Assembly: GCA_964450915.1 (NCBI GenBank)
Contig: CAYVFG010000003.1
Span: 3,217 to 67,216 of the forward strand
DNA length: 64,000 nt
From: an uncultured Candidatus Saccharibacteria bacterium
GTDB lineage: Bacteria > Patescibacteriota > Andersenbacteria > UBA10190
Reading direction: 5' to 3'
Of the stretch, positions 27,293-35,586 are shown in pieces. The translations under genes and the position numbers were made by a program. The notes beneath the pieces are model-generated. The model saw nothing but the letters and a program-made list of their open reading frames with translations. It searched no databases and was not told where the DNA came from. Position 1 is the stretch's first letter, and each line of letters opens with the position of its first letter.

Positions 27293-27709
27293 ATGGGATT
27301 ATATTCAGCACTATTCGGCGGAGGCTCGAAGAAAAAAAGTCCTGAAGAGTTGCAGAAGATTGCACGCGGGCAATCCATCATAGGCAACGTGCTTGGTTCC
27401 AGCCCGTATATGGATGAATGGCGCAGGCAGAATAAGCAGAATTCCCAAAATTATGCTGAGCAAGAAAGAAGCACGCGAAAAAAATGGGGATATGAGGATG
27501 CTGAAATTAATAGAAGTTTACAAAAAGAACGTGATCGTTACTATCGAAAATACAAAGATCCGAAAGAGGCTGAAAAATGGTTTTCTCAGTATGAAGCAAA
27601 AAAGCGCCGAGAAGTCCAGAGTGAGCGCGATAGAGAGCTGCGGGCACTGAAAGAAGAAAAAAACCAGCAACAGCGCGATATTGCGAAAAACATCAAACAG
27701 TGGAGATAG
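27293..27709 (+). CDS. hypothetical highly charged (K/R/E-rich) protein
   Basis: Start set at MGLYSALFGGG after the tgt stop. A TATAAT sits 7 nt upstream. C-terminal charged coiled-coil-like region. Confidence 0.4.
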   Translation: MGLYSALFGGGSKKKSPEELQKIARGQSIIGNVLGSSPYMDEWRRQNKQNSQNYAEQERSTRKKWGYEDAEINRSLQKERDRYYRKYKDPKEAEKWFSQYEAKKRREVQSERDRELRALKEEKNQQQRDIAKNIKQWR

Positions 27710-27747
27710 CCTTTGTCATCCGCACTATTCTGCTATAGTCTTATTTT

Positions 27748-29061
27748 ATGGATAAACAAGTCAGCATGGACACTCTCGTGAACCTGGCAAAGCGCCGAGG
27801 GTTTATTTTTGCTGGGTCTGAAATATATGGAGGATTAGCAAACAGCTGGGATTATGGGCCTTTGGGAGTTGAGCTGAGAAATAATATCAAAAAATCGTGG
27901 TGGAAGAAGTTTGTGCAAAAGCGCCAAGATATTGTGGGGCTAGACTCTGCATTGATTATGAATCCGAAGGTATGGGAGGCATCCGGCCACGTGGCAACAT
28001 TTAGCGATCCTCTTATTGAGTGTAAGAATTGTCATGAACGATTTAGGGCGGATCAAGTCGACGTGAATGCGCCTTGCCAAAAGTGTGGAGAGAAAGATAC
28101 GTTTACGGAACCTGCTGCGTTTAATTTAATGCTCAAAACGTTTTTGGGGCCAAAAGAAGAAGCTGCTGCAAAGGCATACTTGCGCCCGGAAACAGCGCAG
28201 GCGATGTTCGTGGATTTTCCCCAGGTGCTTGCAAGTTCTCGTAAAAGAATTCCGTTTGGTATTGCGCAGATTGGTCGTGCATTTCGAAATGAAATTACTC
28301 CGGGAAATTTCATATTTCGACTTCGCGAGTTCGATATTATGGAGTTTGAATATTTTGTGCATCCGAATGATTGGGGAAAATATTTTGAATATTGGCTTGC
28401 GCAAATGCATGAATGGATTTCTGAATGTGGAATCGACTCTGCACGAGCTCATGAGCTTGAAGTCCCCGAAGAAGATCGTGCGCATTATTCTTCGCGTACG
28501 GTTGATATTGAATTTGATTTTCCGTTTGGAAAAAAAGAATTATACGGATTGGCGTACCGTGGCGATTTTGATTTGAAAAATCATAGTGAGCACTCTGGAA
28601 AAGATTTGTCGTATACGGACCCGGTGACAAACGAAAAATATATTCCACACGTAATTGAGCCTACGTTCGGATTAGATCGTACTATCCTTGCCGTGCTTGT
28701 GTCTGCGTACAAGGAAGAAGAAGTGGATGGGGAAATGCGAACGGTGTTGAGTCTGCCTGCGCACCTAGCTCCATATCAGGTCGCCGTATTGCCATTGATG
28801 AAAAAAGAAGAGCTTACGGATGAAGCAAGAAAGATTACGGAAGAATTGTCGAACTATATGGCTGTTGAATATGATGAAACGCAATCAATCGGAAAGCGAT
28901 ATCGCAGACAAGATGAAATCGGAACACCATTCTGCGTGACGATTGATTACGATACATTGGAAGATAATGCGGTTACTGTTCGCGATCGGGATACGATGAA
29001 GCAGGAGCGTGTTGCGATTACGGAACTGAAAAAATATCTCGTCGAAAAAATTTCCTTATAG
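27748..29061 (+). CDS. glyQS: glycyl-tRNA synthetase (alpha2 dimeric type)
   Basis: RRGFIFAGSEIYGGLANSWDYGPLGVELRNNIK N-terminal signature, class II motifs, C-terminal anticodon-binding domain. Confidence 0.9.
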   Translation: MDKQVSMDTLVNLAKRRGFIFAGSEIYGGLANSWDYGPLGVELRNNIKKSWWKKFVQKRQDIVGLDSALIMNPKVWEASGHVATFSDPLIECKNCHERFRADQVDVNAPCQKCGEKDTFTEPAAFNLMLKTFLGPKEEAAAKAYLRPETAQAMFVDFPQVLASSRKRIPFGIAQIGRAFRNEITPGNFIFRLREFDIMEFEYFVHPNDWGKYFEYWLAQMHEWISECGIDSARAHELEVPEEDRAHYSSRTVDIEFDFPFGKKELYGLAYRGDFDLKNHSEHSGKDLSYTDPVTNEKYIPHVIEPTFGLDRTILAVLVSAYKEEEVDGEMRTVLSLPAHLAPYQVAVLPLMKKEELTDEARKITEELSNYMAVEYDETQSIGKRYRRQDEIGTPFCVTIDYDTLEDNAVTVRDRDTMKQERVAITELKKYLVEKISL

Positions 29062-29101
29062 TTGACAGCTATGAATAAGGGCAGTATTTTGAGACTGCTC
29101 T

Positions 29102-29512
29102 ATGAAGACATATAGAGGGATGGCGGAACGCCTATCCATGTTTGGTTCTTTAGGAATTGGGGGGTGTCGAATGCCAGTAAAGCAAGAGAGTCTTTTCAAT
29201 CATGTTTTTTCTCAAATTTTTGAAGAGCCAAGCATCGACTTGAGTCGAATTCGGCCATGTGAGCAGCTTTTGTTTCTCACGATGGGGCTTGGGCGCGTTA
29301 TTGGGCAGCTTGAGTCCGAGGAGCGGGATGTATTTAGCTATCGTCTGGGGCTTGCCGATGATGGCGTCCATTCAGCAGGCGAGGTCGCAGTTCTTATGGG
29401 TATAGACGTCCAGGCTGTGGATGCGCACTATGCAAAAGGGTTGCGCAAAGTTCGCGCTCACCCAGATGTGCAGAGTATGCGGCCATTTGTGCGTCGAGCA
29501 ATTGTTACGTAG
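29102..29512 (+). CDS. small protein with sigma-70 region-4-type HTH only
   Basis: EERDVFSYRLGLADDGVHSAGEVAVLMGIDVQAVDAHYAKGLRKVRA matches the sigma70_r4 pattern. No region 2. GC content higher than neighbouring genes. Confidence 0.4.
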   Translation: MKTYRGMAERLSMFGSLGIGGCRMPVKQESLFNHVFSQIFEEPSIDLSRIRPCEQLLFLTMGLGRVIGQLESEERDVFSYRLGLADDGVHSAGEVAVLMGIDVQAVDAHYAKGLRKVRAHPDVQSMRPFVRRAIVT

Positions 29513-29523
29513 CGCAGCAAGGT

Positions 29524-29557
29524 CTGACGATTTTCTTGTAAGTCGTCAGCTTTTTTA
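29524..29557 (+). terminator. rho-independent terminator
   Basis: CTGACGA-ttttcttgtaag-TCGTCAG followed by CTTTTTTATTT. Confidence 0.6.
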
Positions 29558-29593
29558 TTTGCCCTTGCTGTACAAAACACGTACACTGGTGAT

Positions 29594-30871
29594 ATGTCAA
29601 AATTTCCACTCATCAAAAAAACACTTCCTTCGGGATTAAGAACAATTATTTTACCCCGCCAAGAGATGGCATCTGCAACCATCATGGTATTGATCGGGGT
29701 TGGGTCCAGATATGAAACCCCGAAGCAGGGTGGATTATCCCACTTTTTAGAGCACATGTTTTTTAAAGGCACGACGAATCGCCCGACGACGAAAGAGATT
29801 TCAGAAGCAGTTGATAATATCGGCGGAGAATTCAACGCATTCACCAGCGAAGAATACACTGGGTATTATGTAAAAGTTGCATCTGAGTATTTGGAAAAGG
29901 GCGCTGAAGTCGTTGCGGATATTCTTTTGAACCCCTTATTTCCGGAAGAGGAAATCGAACGAGAGCGCGGTGTTATTCAAGAAGAAATTAAGATGTATAC
30001 GGATATGCCAATGCGCCATATTCAGCATTTGTGGAATTCCGCATTGTTTGGGGATACGCCGCTTGGGCGCCGTATTGACGGAACGCACGAGACAGTGAGC
30101 GCATTTAAGCGCAAAGATTTTCTTTCGTATGTAAAATCGCATTACCATACTGGTAATGCGATCGTTGTGGTTGCGGGCAATGTTGATCCGAAGAAAACGC
30201 AGAAGATGATTCAGGATATGTTTGCTCCGCTTGTTGATGGTGCGGAAACGAACCCAAAATCAGCTCCGAAGAAAATGCCCGCGAAAAAATTTGTGCATGA
30301 GTATAGAAAGACATTGGATCAAACGCACTTGATGGTAGGCGTTCCAGGTGTTTCTGAAAACGATCCTCGTAAATATGCGGCAGGGCTTTTGGCAGCAATC
30401 TTGGGCGGGGGCATGAGCAGCCGCTTGTTCCTCAGCGTTCGCGAACGAAACGGTTTGGCGTACATGGTGCGAACATCTTCCGATACGTATACGGATGCGG
30501 GAAGTTTTGTAACCCAATCTGGCGTTCGAACAGATAAGGCTCAGCAAGCGCTCAAGCTTATTTTGGAGGAATATGACAGAATAATGGAAGAGCCTGTTAC
30601 GAAAGAAGAGCTTGATAAAGTGAAGAAAATGGCTCGAGGAAGCTTGGTTCTTGATTTGGAAGAAACGAATGCTCTTGCGTTATTTTCCAGCATTCAGGAT
30701 TTAACGGAGCATACGATTAAGACGCCGGACCAGATTATGAAAGAAATTAATAAGGTTACGATTAGCGATATTCAGGATATCGCTCGTGAACTTCTTCGAA
30801 AAGACAAACGCACTGTTGCGCTGCTCGGTCCGCAGAAGTCTTCTGCGCCGTTTGAGAAATTGCTCAACTAA
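29594..30871 (+). CDS. M16-family (pitrilysin/insulinase-like) zinc peptidase
   Basis: Inverted zincin motif HFLEHMFFKGT (HxxEH) and downstream E ligand region. Confidence 0.85.
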   Translation: MSKFPLIKKTLPSGLRTIILPRQEMASATIMVLIGVGSRYETPKQGGLSHFLEHMFFKGTTNRPTTKEISEAVDNIGGEFNAFTSEEYTGYYVKVASEYLEKGAEVVADILLNPLFPEEEIERERGVIQEEIKMYTDMPMRHIQHLWNSALFGDTPLGRRIDGTHETVSAFKRKDFLSYVKSHYHTGNAIVVVAGNVDPKKTQKMIQDMFAPLVDGAETNPKSAPKKMPAKKFVHEYRKTLDQTHLMVGVPGVSENDPRKYAAGLLAAILGGGMSSRLFLSVRERNGLAYMVRTSSDTYTDAGSFVTQSGVRTDKAQQALKLILEEYDRIMEEPVTKEELDKVKKMARGSLVLDLEETNALALFSSIQDLTEHTIKTPDQIMKEINKVTISDIQDIARELLRKDKRTVALLGPQKSSAPFEKLLN

Positions 30872-30891
30872 TTGTATAATTAGGCAATACT

Positions 30892-31944
30892 ATGCCTATG
30901 ATACAAGGAAATAAACAGGTTATTGAAATATCTTCCGGAACAATTATTCGCGTCATGGTGTTCGCGGTGTTGCTTGCGTTGCTCTATATCATCAAGGACA
31001 TTCTTCTTATGCTTGTCGGGGCAATGGTGATCGCGTTTGCTATCGAGCCCCTTGCGAAGGCCCTGAGAAAATACAATATTCCGAGGGCTATTTCTGTCAT
31101 CGTGGTGTATTTGCTGTTTATAGGTCTTATAGCAATTGCGCTTCGCTTGGTATTGCCTGCATTAGCAGAGCAGACAACTCAAATTGCACAGCAAGTTCCG
31201 CAAATCGTAAGCGGGCTGGAGCGAACAGTGGGGACAATCCCAGGGTTTTCTCCTGAGACTATAGCCGTTCAGATCCAATCTGCCCTTACCAGTTTCGGAA
31301 ATAATCTCACGAACCTTACGACGCAGGTATTTTTGCAGACAAAATCAATATTCACCGGAGTATTTTCTCTGTTCTTCGTCCTCGTGATTGCATTTTATTT
31401 GGTAATTGAAGAGGATGCGTTAAAGAAACTGTTTCGTTATATTATTCCAAAACAGCACGTTGCGTATGCGGAGCTGATGATTGATAGGATTCAGACGAAA
31501 TTAGGAAGATGGGTGTTAGCTCAGCTGTTTTTGGGGATTATCGTCGGATGTGCGATCGGGTTGATATTTTGGGCAATCGGATTTAAGTATGCGCTTGCAC
31601 TCGGGGTTGTGGCCGCTATCTTAGAAGTATTCCCTGTGGTGGGGCCTATTATGTCCGCTCTATTCGGAACATTATTAGCTCTATCTCAGTCGTTCGTATT
31701 TGGCATTATCGCACTTATTATCTATATTATTGTTCAGCAGGTAGAAGGCCAAGTATTGGTGCCTAATATTATGCGCAAGGCGGTTGGGTTGAACCCTCTT
31801 GTAACCATCATCGCAGTTCTTTTGGGGGGAAGGCTTGCGGGTGTGCCGGGAATCATTCTCGCAGTACCTATCGCAACTATTTTTAGCATTATGCTAGGCG
31901 ACTTTTTCTCCACCTCAGCTGGTGATGATGAGCTAGCAGGGTAA
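30892..31944 (+). CDS. AI-2E family transporter (UPF0118/PerM-like)
   Basis: 350 aa, ~8 TM, characteristic central cytoplasmic loop, C-terminal GxxG-rich TM. Confidence 0.75.
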   Translation: MPMIQGNKQVIEISSGTIIRVMVFAVLLALLYIIKDILLMLVGAMVIAFAIEPLAKALRKYNIPRAISVIVVYLLFIGLIAIALRLVLPALAEQTTQIAQQVPQIVSGLERTVGTIPGFSPETIAVQIQSALTSFGNNLTNLTTQVFLQTKSIFTGVFSLFFVLVIAFYLVIEEDALKKLFRYIIPKQHVAYAELMIDRIQTKLGRWVLAQLFLGIIVGCAIGLIFWAIGFKYALALGVVAAILEVFPVVGPIMSALFGTLLALSQSFVFGIIALIIYIIVQQVEGQVLVPNIMRKAVGLNPLVTIIAVLLGGRLAGVPGIILAVPIATIFSIMLGDFFSTSAGDDELAG

Positions 31945-31970
31945 TATTATTATTAATCACACTTACTATT

Positions 31971-32498
31971 ATGAACTTATGGCACGACGTTTCGTTTGGA
32001 AAATCTCTTGATGAATTAAACCTTATTGTCGAGATTCCGACTGGTTCGCAAAACAAGTATGAGCTGGATAAAGATTATGGATTAATCAAGCTTGATCGCG
32101 TGTTGTACTCGCCATTGCATTACCCTGGTGATTACGGATTTATTCCGCAGACGCTTGGAGAAGATAACGATCCGTTGGATGGAATCGTAATGATGAATTT
32201 CCCGACATATCCTGGGACACTCATGACTGTGCGTCCTCTTGGAATGCTTCGCATGGTTGATCAGGGAGAGAACGATGAGAAGATTCTTTGCGTACCAGTA
32301 GATGATGTGCGTTTTGAAGGGGTTACAAAGCTTTCGGATGTAGCTCAGCCGGTGCTTGATGAAGTTGCTCACTTCTTTGCCGTCTATAAGCAGCTAGAGA
32401 AAAAAGAAGTTGTTATCAACGGATGGGCAGATTTGGACGAAACAAAGAAATGCATTCAGGCGGGGATTGATCGATACAACGAAAAGTTTCCTAAATAA
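31971..32498 (+). CDS. ppa: inorganic pyrophosphatase (family I)
   Basis: IVEIP...YELDK...DYGFIPQTLGEDNDPLDGIV...KIL active-site pattern. Confidence 0.9.
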   Translation: MNLWHDVSFGKSLDELNLIVEIPTGSQNKYELDKDYGLIKLDRVLYSPLHYPGDYGFIPQTLGEDNDPLDGIVMMNFPTYPGTLMTVRPLGMLRMVDQGENDEKILCVPVDDVRFEGVTKLSDVAQPVLDEVAHFFAVYKQLEKKEVVINGWADLDETKKCIQAGIDRYNEKFPK

Positions 32499-32943
32499 GA
32501 ATACGGGTAATTATAATCGCAAGTCCGCCTACAAGGATTTGCGATAGTAGGCCCTTTGGTACTGAATCTGTTTCGCGCTGAATTGCTTCGTGAAAACTAA
32601 AATACGCCTGAATAAATTTCGGAAAACGATTTTTCTGATGCTTTTTTGTCATGCTCCAGAACGCGTGCAAGGTATCCGGCATGTTGCCCCCTGCTATTGC
32701 TGCGAGTATCGATAGGGAAAATGCGGCGTTGCCAGCAATGAGATATGCTGCGCCGAGTCCCGATACAACGTCCAAGGCTACATAAGCATATGGATATGAT
32801 TTCATCTTATGCGGATAAATATTCCAATGGAGCATTCTGTCGCATAGAAAATGCATTATAAACGCAGCGCAGAAAGCAAGGATAGGATTTGGGAAAATAA
32901 TTCCTAGGGGAATGCTGATGATTGTATGAGTAATGGAAAGCAT
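32491..32943 (-). CDS. hypothetical membrane protein (possibly YdjM-like membrane-bound metal-dependent hydrolase)
   Basis: Start moved to the internal ATG (MLSITHTIISIPLGIIF). 4 TM helices with conserved His residues. The longer ORF-track version overlaps tatD. Confidence 0.4.
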   Translation of the reverse strand: MLSITHTIISIPLGIIFPNPILAFCAAFIMHFLCDRMLHWNIYPHKMKSYPYAYVALDVVSGLGAAYLIAGNAAFSLSILAAIAGGNMPDTLHAFWSMTKKHQKNRFPKFIQAYFSFHEAIQRETDSVPKGLLSQILVGGLAIIITRILI

Positions 32944-32979
32944 ATTGCACAAGTATAACGCGCAACGTATGCTGTGGCT

Positions 32980-33768
32980 ATGTTTGACAGTCACGCGCAT
33001 ATAAACGACGCAGCATTCGACGAAGATCGAGATGCTCTGCTTACGAGCATGTTTGCATCCGGTGTTACTGGCTGGATTGAAGTTGGAACGAGTATTGAAG
33101 AAAGTAAAAAGGCCCTGTCGCTCGCGAGCGACAGGGCAGGCTCTGACCTGCAAATATTTGCATCCGTTGGCGTGCATCCGCATGAGTTACAACATATGCA
33201 AGATAGCGATTGGAGCAAGCTTTCCGAGCTTGCTGATAACTCGCTTTGCAAAGCTGTTGGCGAAGTGGGGTTGGATTTTTCCAGAGGAACTGATATCGAA
33301 TTTCAGGAAAAGATATTAAAAAGATTTATTGCGCTTGCTCAGCAAAAAAATCTCCCCATTATTTTCCATGTTCGAAGCGGAAATGATATAGATGCTCATG
33401 ATGAGCTTATTCGAATATTAAAAACATATACAAATAGCGATAGGCCCAAAGGCGTTATCCATACGTTTAGCGGGAATTTGCAACAGGCTCAAGAATATAT
33501 CTCACTTGGAATGTTGATTTCATTTTCCGGCGTTTTGACGTTTAAAAAGTCAGAAGGATTGCGAGGAATTGCCAAAACAATCCCGTTAGAATCTATTCTT
33601 ATTGAAACAGATTGCCCGTATTTAACCCCAGAACCGTTCCGAGGCAAGCGGAATGATCCATCGTATTGCAGGTTTGTCATACAAAGTATATCAGAATTAC
33701 GAGGTGTAGGATTTTCTGAGATAGAACAAAAAACGCACAACAACGCCAAGAAATTGTTTTCTATTTGA
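32980..33768 (+). CDS. TatD-family metal-dependent hydrolase/DNase
   Basis: MFDSHAHI N-terminal signature, VGEVGLDF, further H/E/D ligands. Confidence 0.85.
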   Translation: MFDSHAHINDAAFDEDRDALLTSMFASGVTGWIEVGTSIEESKKALSLASDRAGSDLQIFASVGVHPHELQHMQDSDWSKLSELADNSLCKAVGEVGLDFSRGTDIEFQEKILKRFIALAQQKNLPIIFHVRSGNDIDAHDELIRILKTYTNSDRPKGVIHTFSGNLQQAQEYISLGMLISFSGVLTFKKSEGLRGIAKTIPLESILIETDCPYLTPEPFRGKRNDPSYCRFVIQSISELRGVGFSEIEQKTHNNAKKLFSI

Positions 33769-33895
33769 CAATGACCAATAAAAGGCCTATAATTGTCACA
33801 GTTCGTTGACAGTTTGGTGTATATAAATTTGGGGTCTGCGAGGCAAGGTACCTCGTGTTTGATAGTTTCTTTAGTGTTTGATCATGGAGTTGATC

Positions 33896-34114
33896 ATGTC
33901 GAGTTCAATTGAAGGCGGTCCTCTTCTTCGTTTTTTGCAGGAGAATTCTGTTGCCGCTACGCCACCGCGGGATCTCTGGGAAGAATTGGAGGCTTCTGGT
34001 CGACGCAGGAAAATTCCGAGGGAGGCAAGAAAGATCGGCGGATCAGAAAAGCCGCTTTCTCTGGAAGATCTTGGCAGGCCTTTCGTTGATTCACACGCTT
34101 GTGTGATTCTCTGA
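33896..34114 (+). CDS. small hypothetical protein (72 aa)
   Basis: GGAG SD 5 nt upstream of the ATG. ORF ends ~36 nt before a very strong terminator. No homology recognised. Confidence 0.3.
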   Translation: MSSSIEGGPLLRFLQENSVAATPPRDLWEELEASGRRRKIPREARKIGGSEKPLSLEDLGRPFVDSHACVIL

Positions 34115-34149
34115 AAAGAAAGCATTTGTCCACGTACTACAACAGCAAG

Positions 34150-34188
34150 CCGTATTGAGTGATTTCACTTAGTACGGCGATTTTTTTT
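34150..34188 (+). terminator. strong rho-independent terminator
   Basis: CCGTATTGAGTGA-tt-TCACTTAGTACGG 13-bp hairpin followed by T8. Confidence 0.8.
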
Positions 34189-34278
34189 GGCAAACTTTTT
34201 TGCCAACCCCGCGTAGCCTTGGCGAAGTGGGGTAGAAACACTATAGAGAATGCTAGTATTTCTCGATATACTTTCATT

Positions 34279-35565
34279 ATGTCACGAACAGAACGCAAAC
34301 AAGAAGCGTTGTATAAGCCCTTGGCCGCCATGATGCGACCGAAGAGTTTGGATGATTTTGTAGGGCATGCCGAGGTGCTCGGAAAGGGAAAGCCGTTACG
34401 AAAAGCCATTGAGCAGGGAAAGGTTGGGTCGCTGATTTTATGGGGGCCTCCTGGTGTTGGAAAAACGACATTGGCAGAGTTGATTGCGCGAAATATGGAT
34501 GCAGCAATTGAGCGGGTGAGTGCCGTTACTGCAGGGGTAAAAGATTTGCGCGACGTGCTTTCGCGTGCACGCGAGTGGCAGAAAATAAAAAAATCGACAG
34601 TCCTGATTGTAGACGAGATTCATCGATTCAATAAAAGCCAGCAAGATGTATTGTTGCCCGCCGTTGAAGAGGGGCTTGTGATCATGATCGGTGCAACAAC
34701 AGAAAATCCGTATTTCGAAGTGGTTTCAGCGCTTATTTCCCGCGCGCAAGTAGTTCGGCTGGAAATTCTTCAAGACAAAGATATTAAAAAAATTATTGCT
34801 CATGCGCTTGTGGAGTATCCGGCATTACATATTGAAAAAGATAGCCTTGATGCAATTGCTCAGCGATCCGGCGGCGATGCTCGGCGGGCATTGAATATTT
34901 TGGAGAGAATTATTGCAGCGAAAAAGAAGGGGGAAATTACTATAAAAGATATTCAAGCGGCAGCTCATGGGAGTGTGACGCATTATGATAAGGCGGGCGA
35001 TGTGCATTACGATACGATTTCAGCGTTTATTAAAAGCTTGCGAGGGTCGGATGTTGATGCGGCATTATTTTATTTATTTAGAATGATTGTAGCTGGAGAA
35101 GATCCGAAATTTATCATCAGAAGAATGTTTATATTTGCATCCGAAGATATCGGCAATGCTGATCCACATGCGTTAATGCTGGTAGCTGCAGCAAGCCAGG
35201 CTCTCATGTGGGTTGGCTTGCCCGAGGCGGAGTATAACTTGGCTCATACTGCATGCTACTTAGCCGCAGCTCCAAAGAGCAATTCTGTAACCCGGGCAAT
35301 GGGTGCAGTAAAACAAGACGTAGAAGTGCATGGCAACGATGCGCCACCGGGCAACGTTGTAAATGCTCCCATTGAAGATATGAAGCAACATGGTCGCGGA
35401 GTTGGGTATGAATATCCTCATAACTTTCCTGGGCATATCGTCAAGCAGCAATATCGGCCGAATTCCGTCCAGAACAATATCTATTACGAACCGGGCGATG
35501 AAGGGTTTGAAAAAGAGGTAAAGCGTCGCATAGAGGCAGCGCGGAAAGTTATATACGGGCAATAA
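34279..35565 (+). CDS. rarA: replication-associated recombination protein A (AAA+ ATPase)
   Basis: Start at MSRTERKQ. Walker A LWGPPGVGKTTLA, Walker B LIVDEIHRF, MgsA C-terminal domain. The ORF-track N-terminal extension is rejected. Confidence 0.85.
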   Translation: MSRTERKQEALYKPLAAMMRPKSLDDFVGHAEVLGKGKPLRKAIEQGKVGSLILWGPPGVGKTTLAELIARNMDAAIERVSAVTAGVKDLRDVLSRAREWQKIKKSTVLIVDEIHRFNKSQQDVLLPAVEEGLVIMIGATTENPYFEVVSALISRAQVVRLEILQDKDIKKIIAHALVEYPALHIEKDSLDAIAQRSGGDARRALNILERIIAAKKKGEITIKDIQAAAHGSVTHYDKAGDVHYDTISAFIKSLRGSDVDAALFYLFRMIVAGEDPKFIIRRMFIFASEDIGNADPHALMLVAAASQALMWVGLPEAEYNLAHTACYLAAAPKSNSVTRAMGAVKQDVEVHGNDAPPGNVVNAPIEDMKQHGRGVGYEYPHNFPGHIVKQQYRPNSVQNNIYYEPGDEGFEKEVKRRIEAARKVIYGQ

Positions 35566-35586
35566 AAGTTGTGTATACTGCTATTT

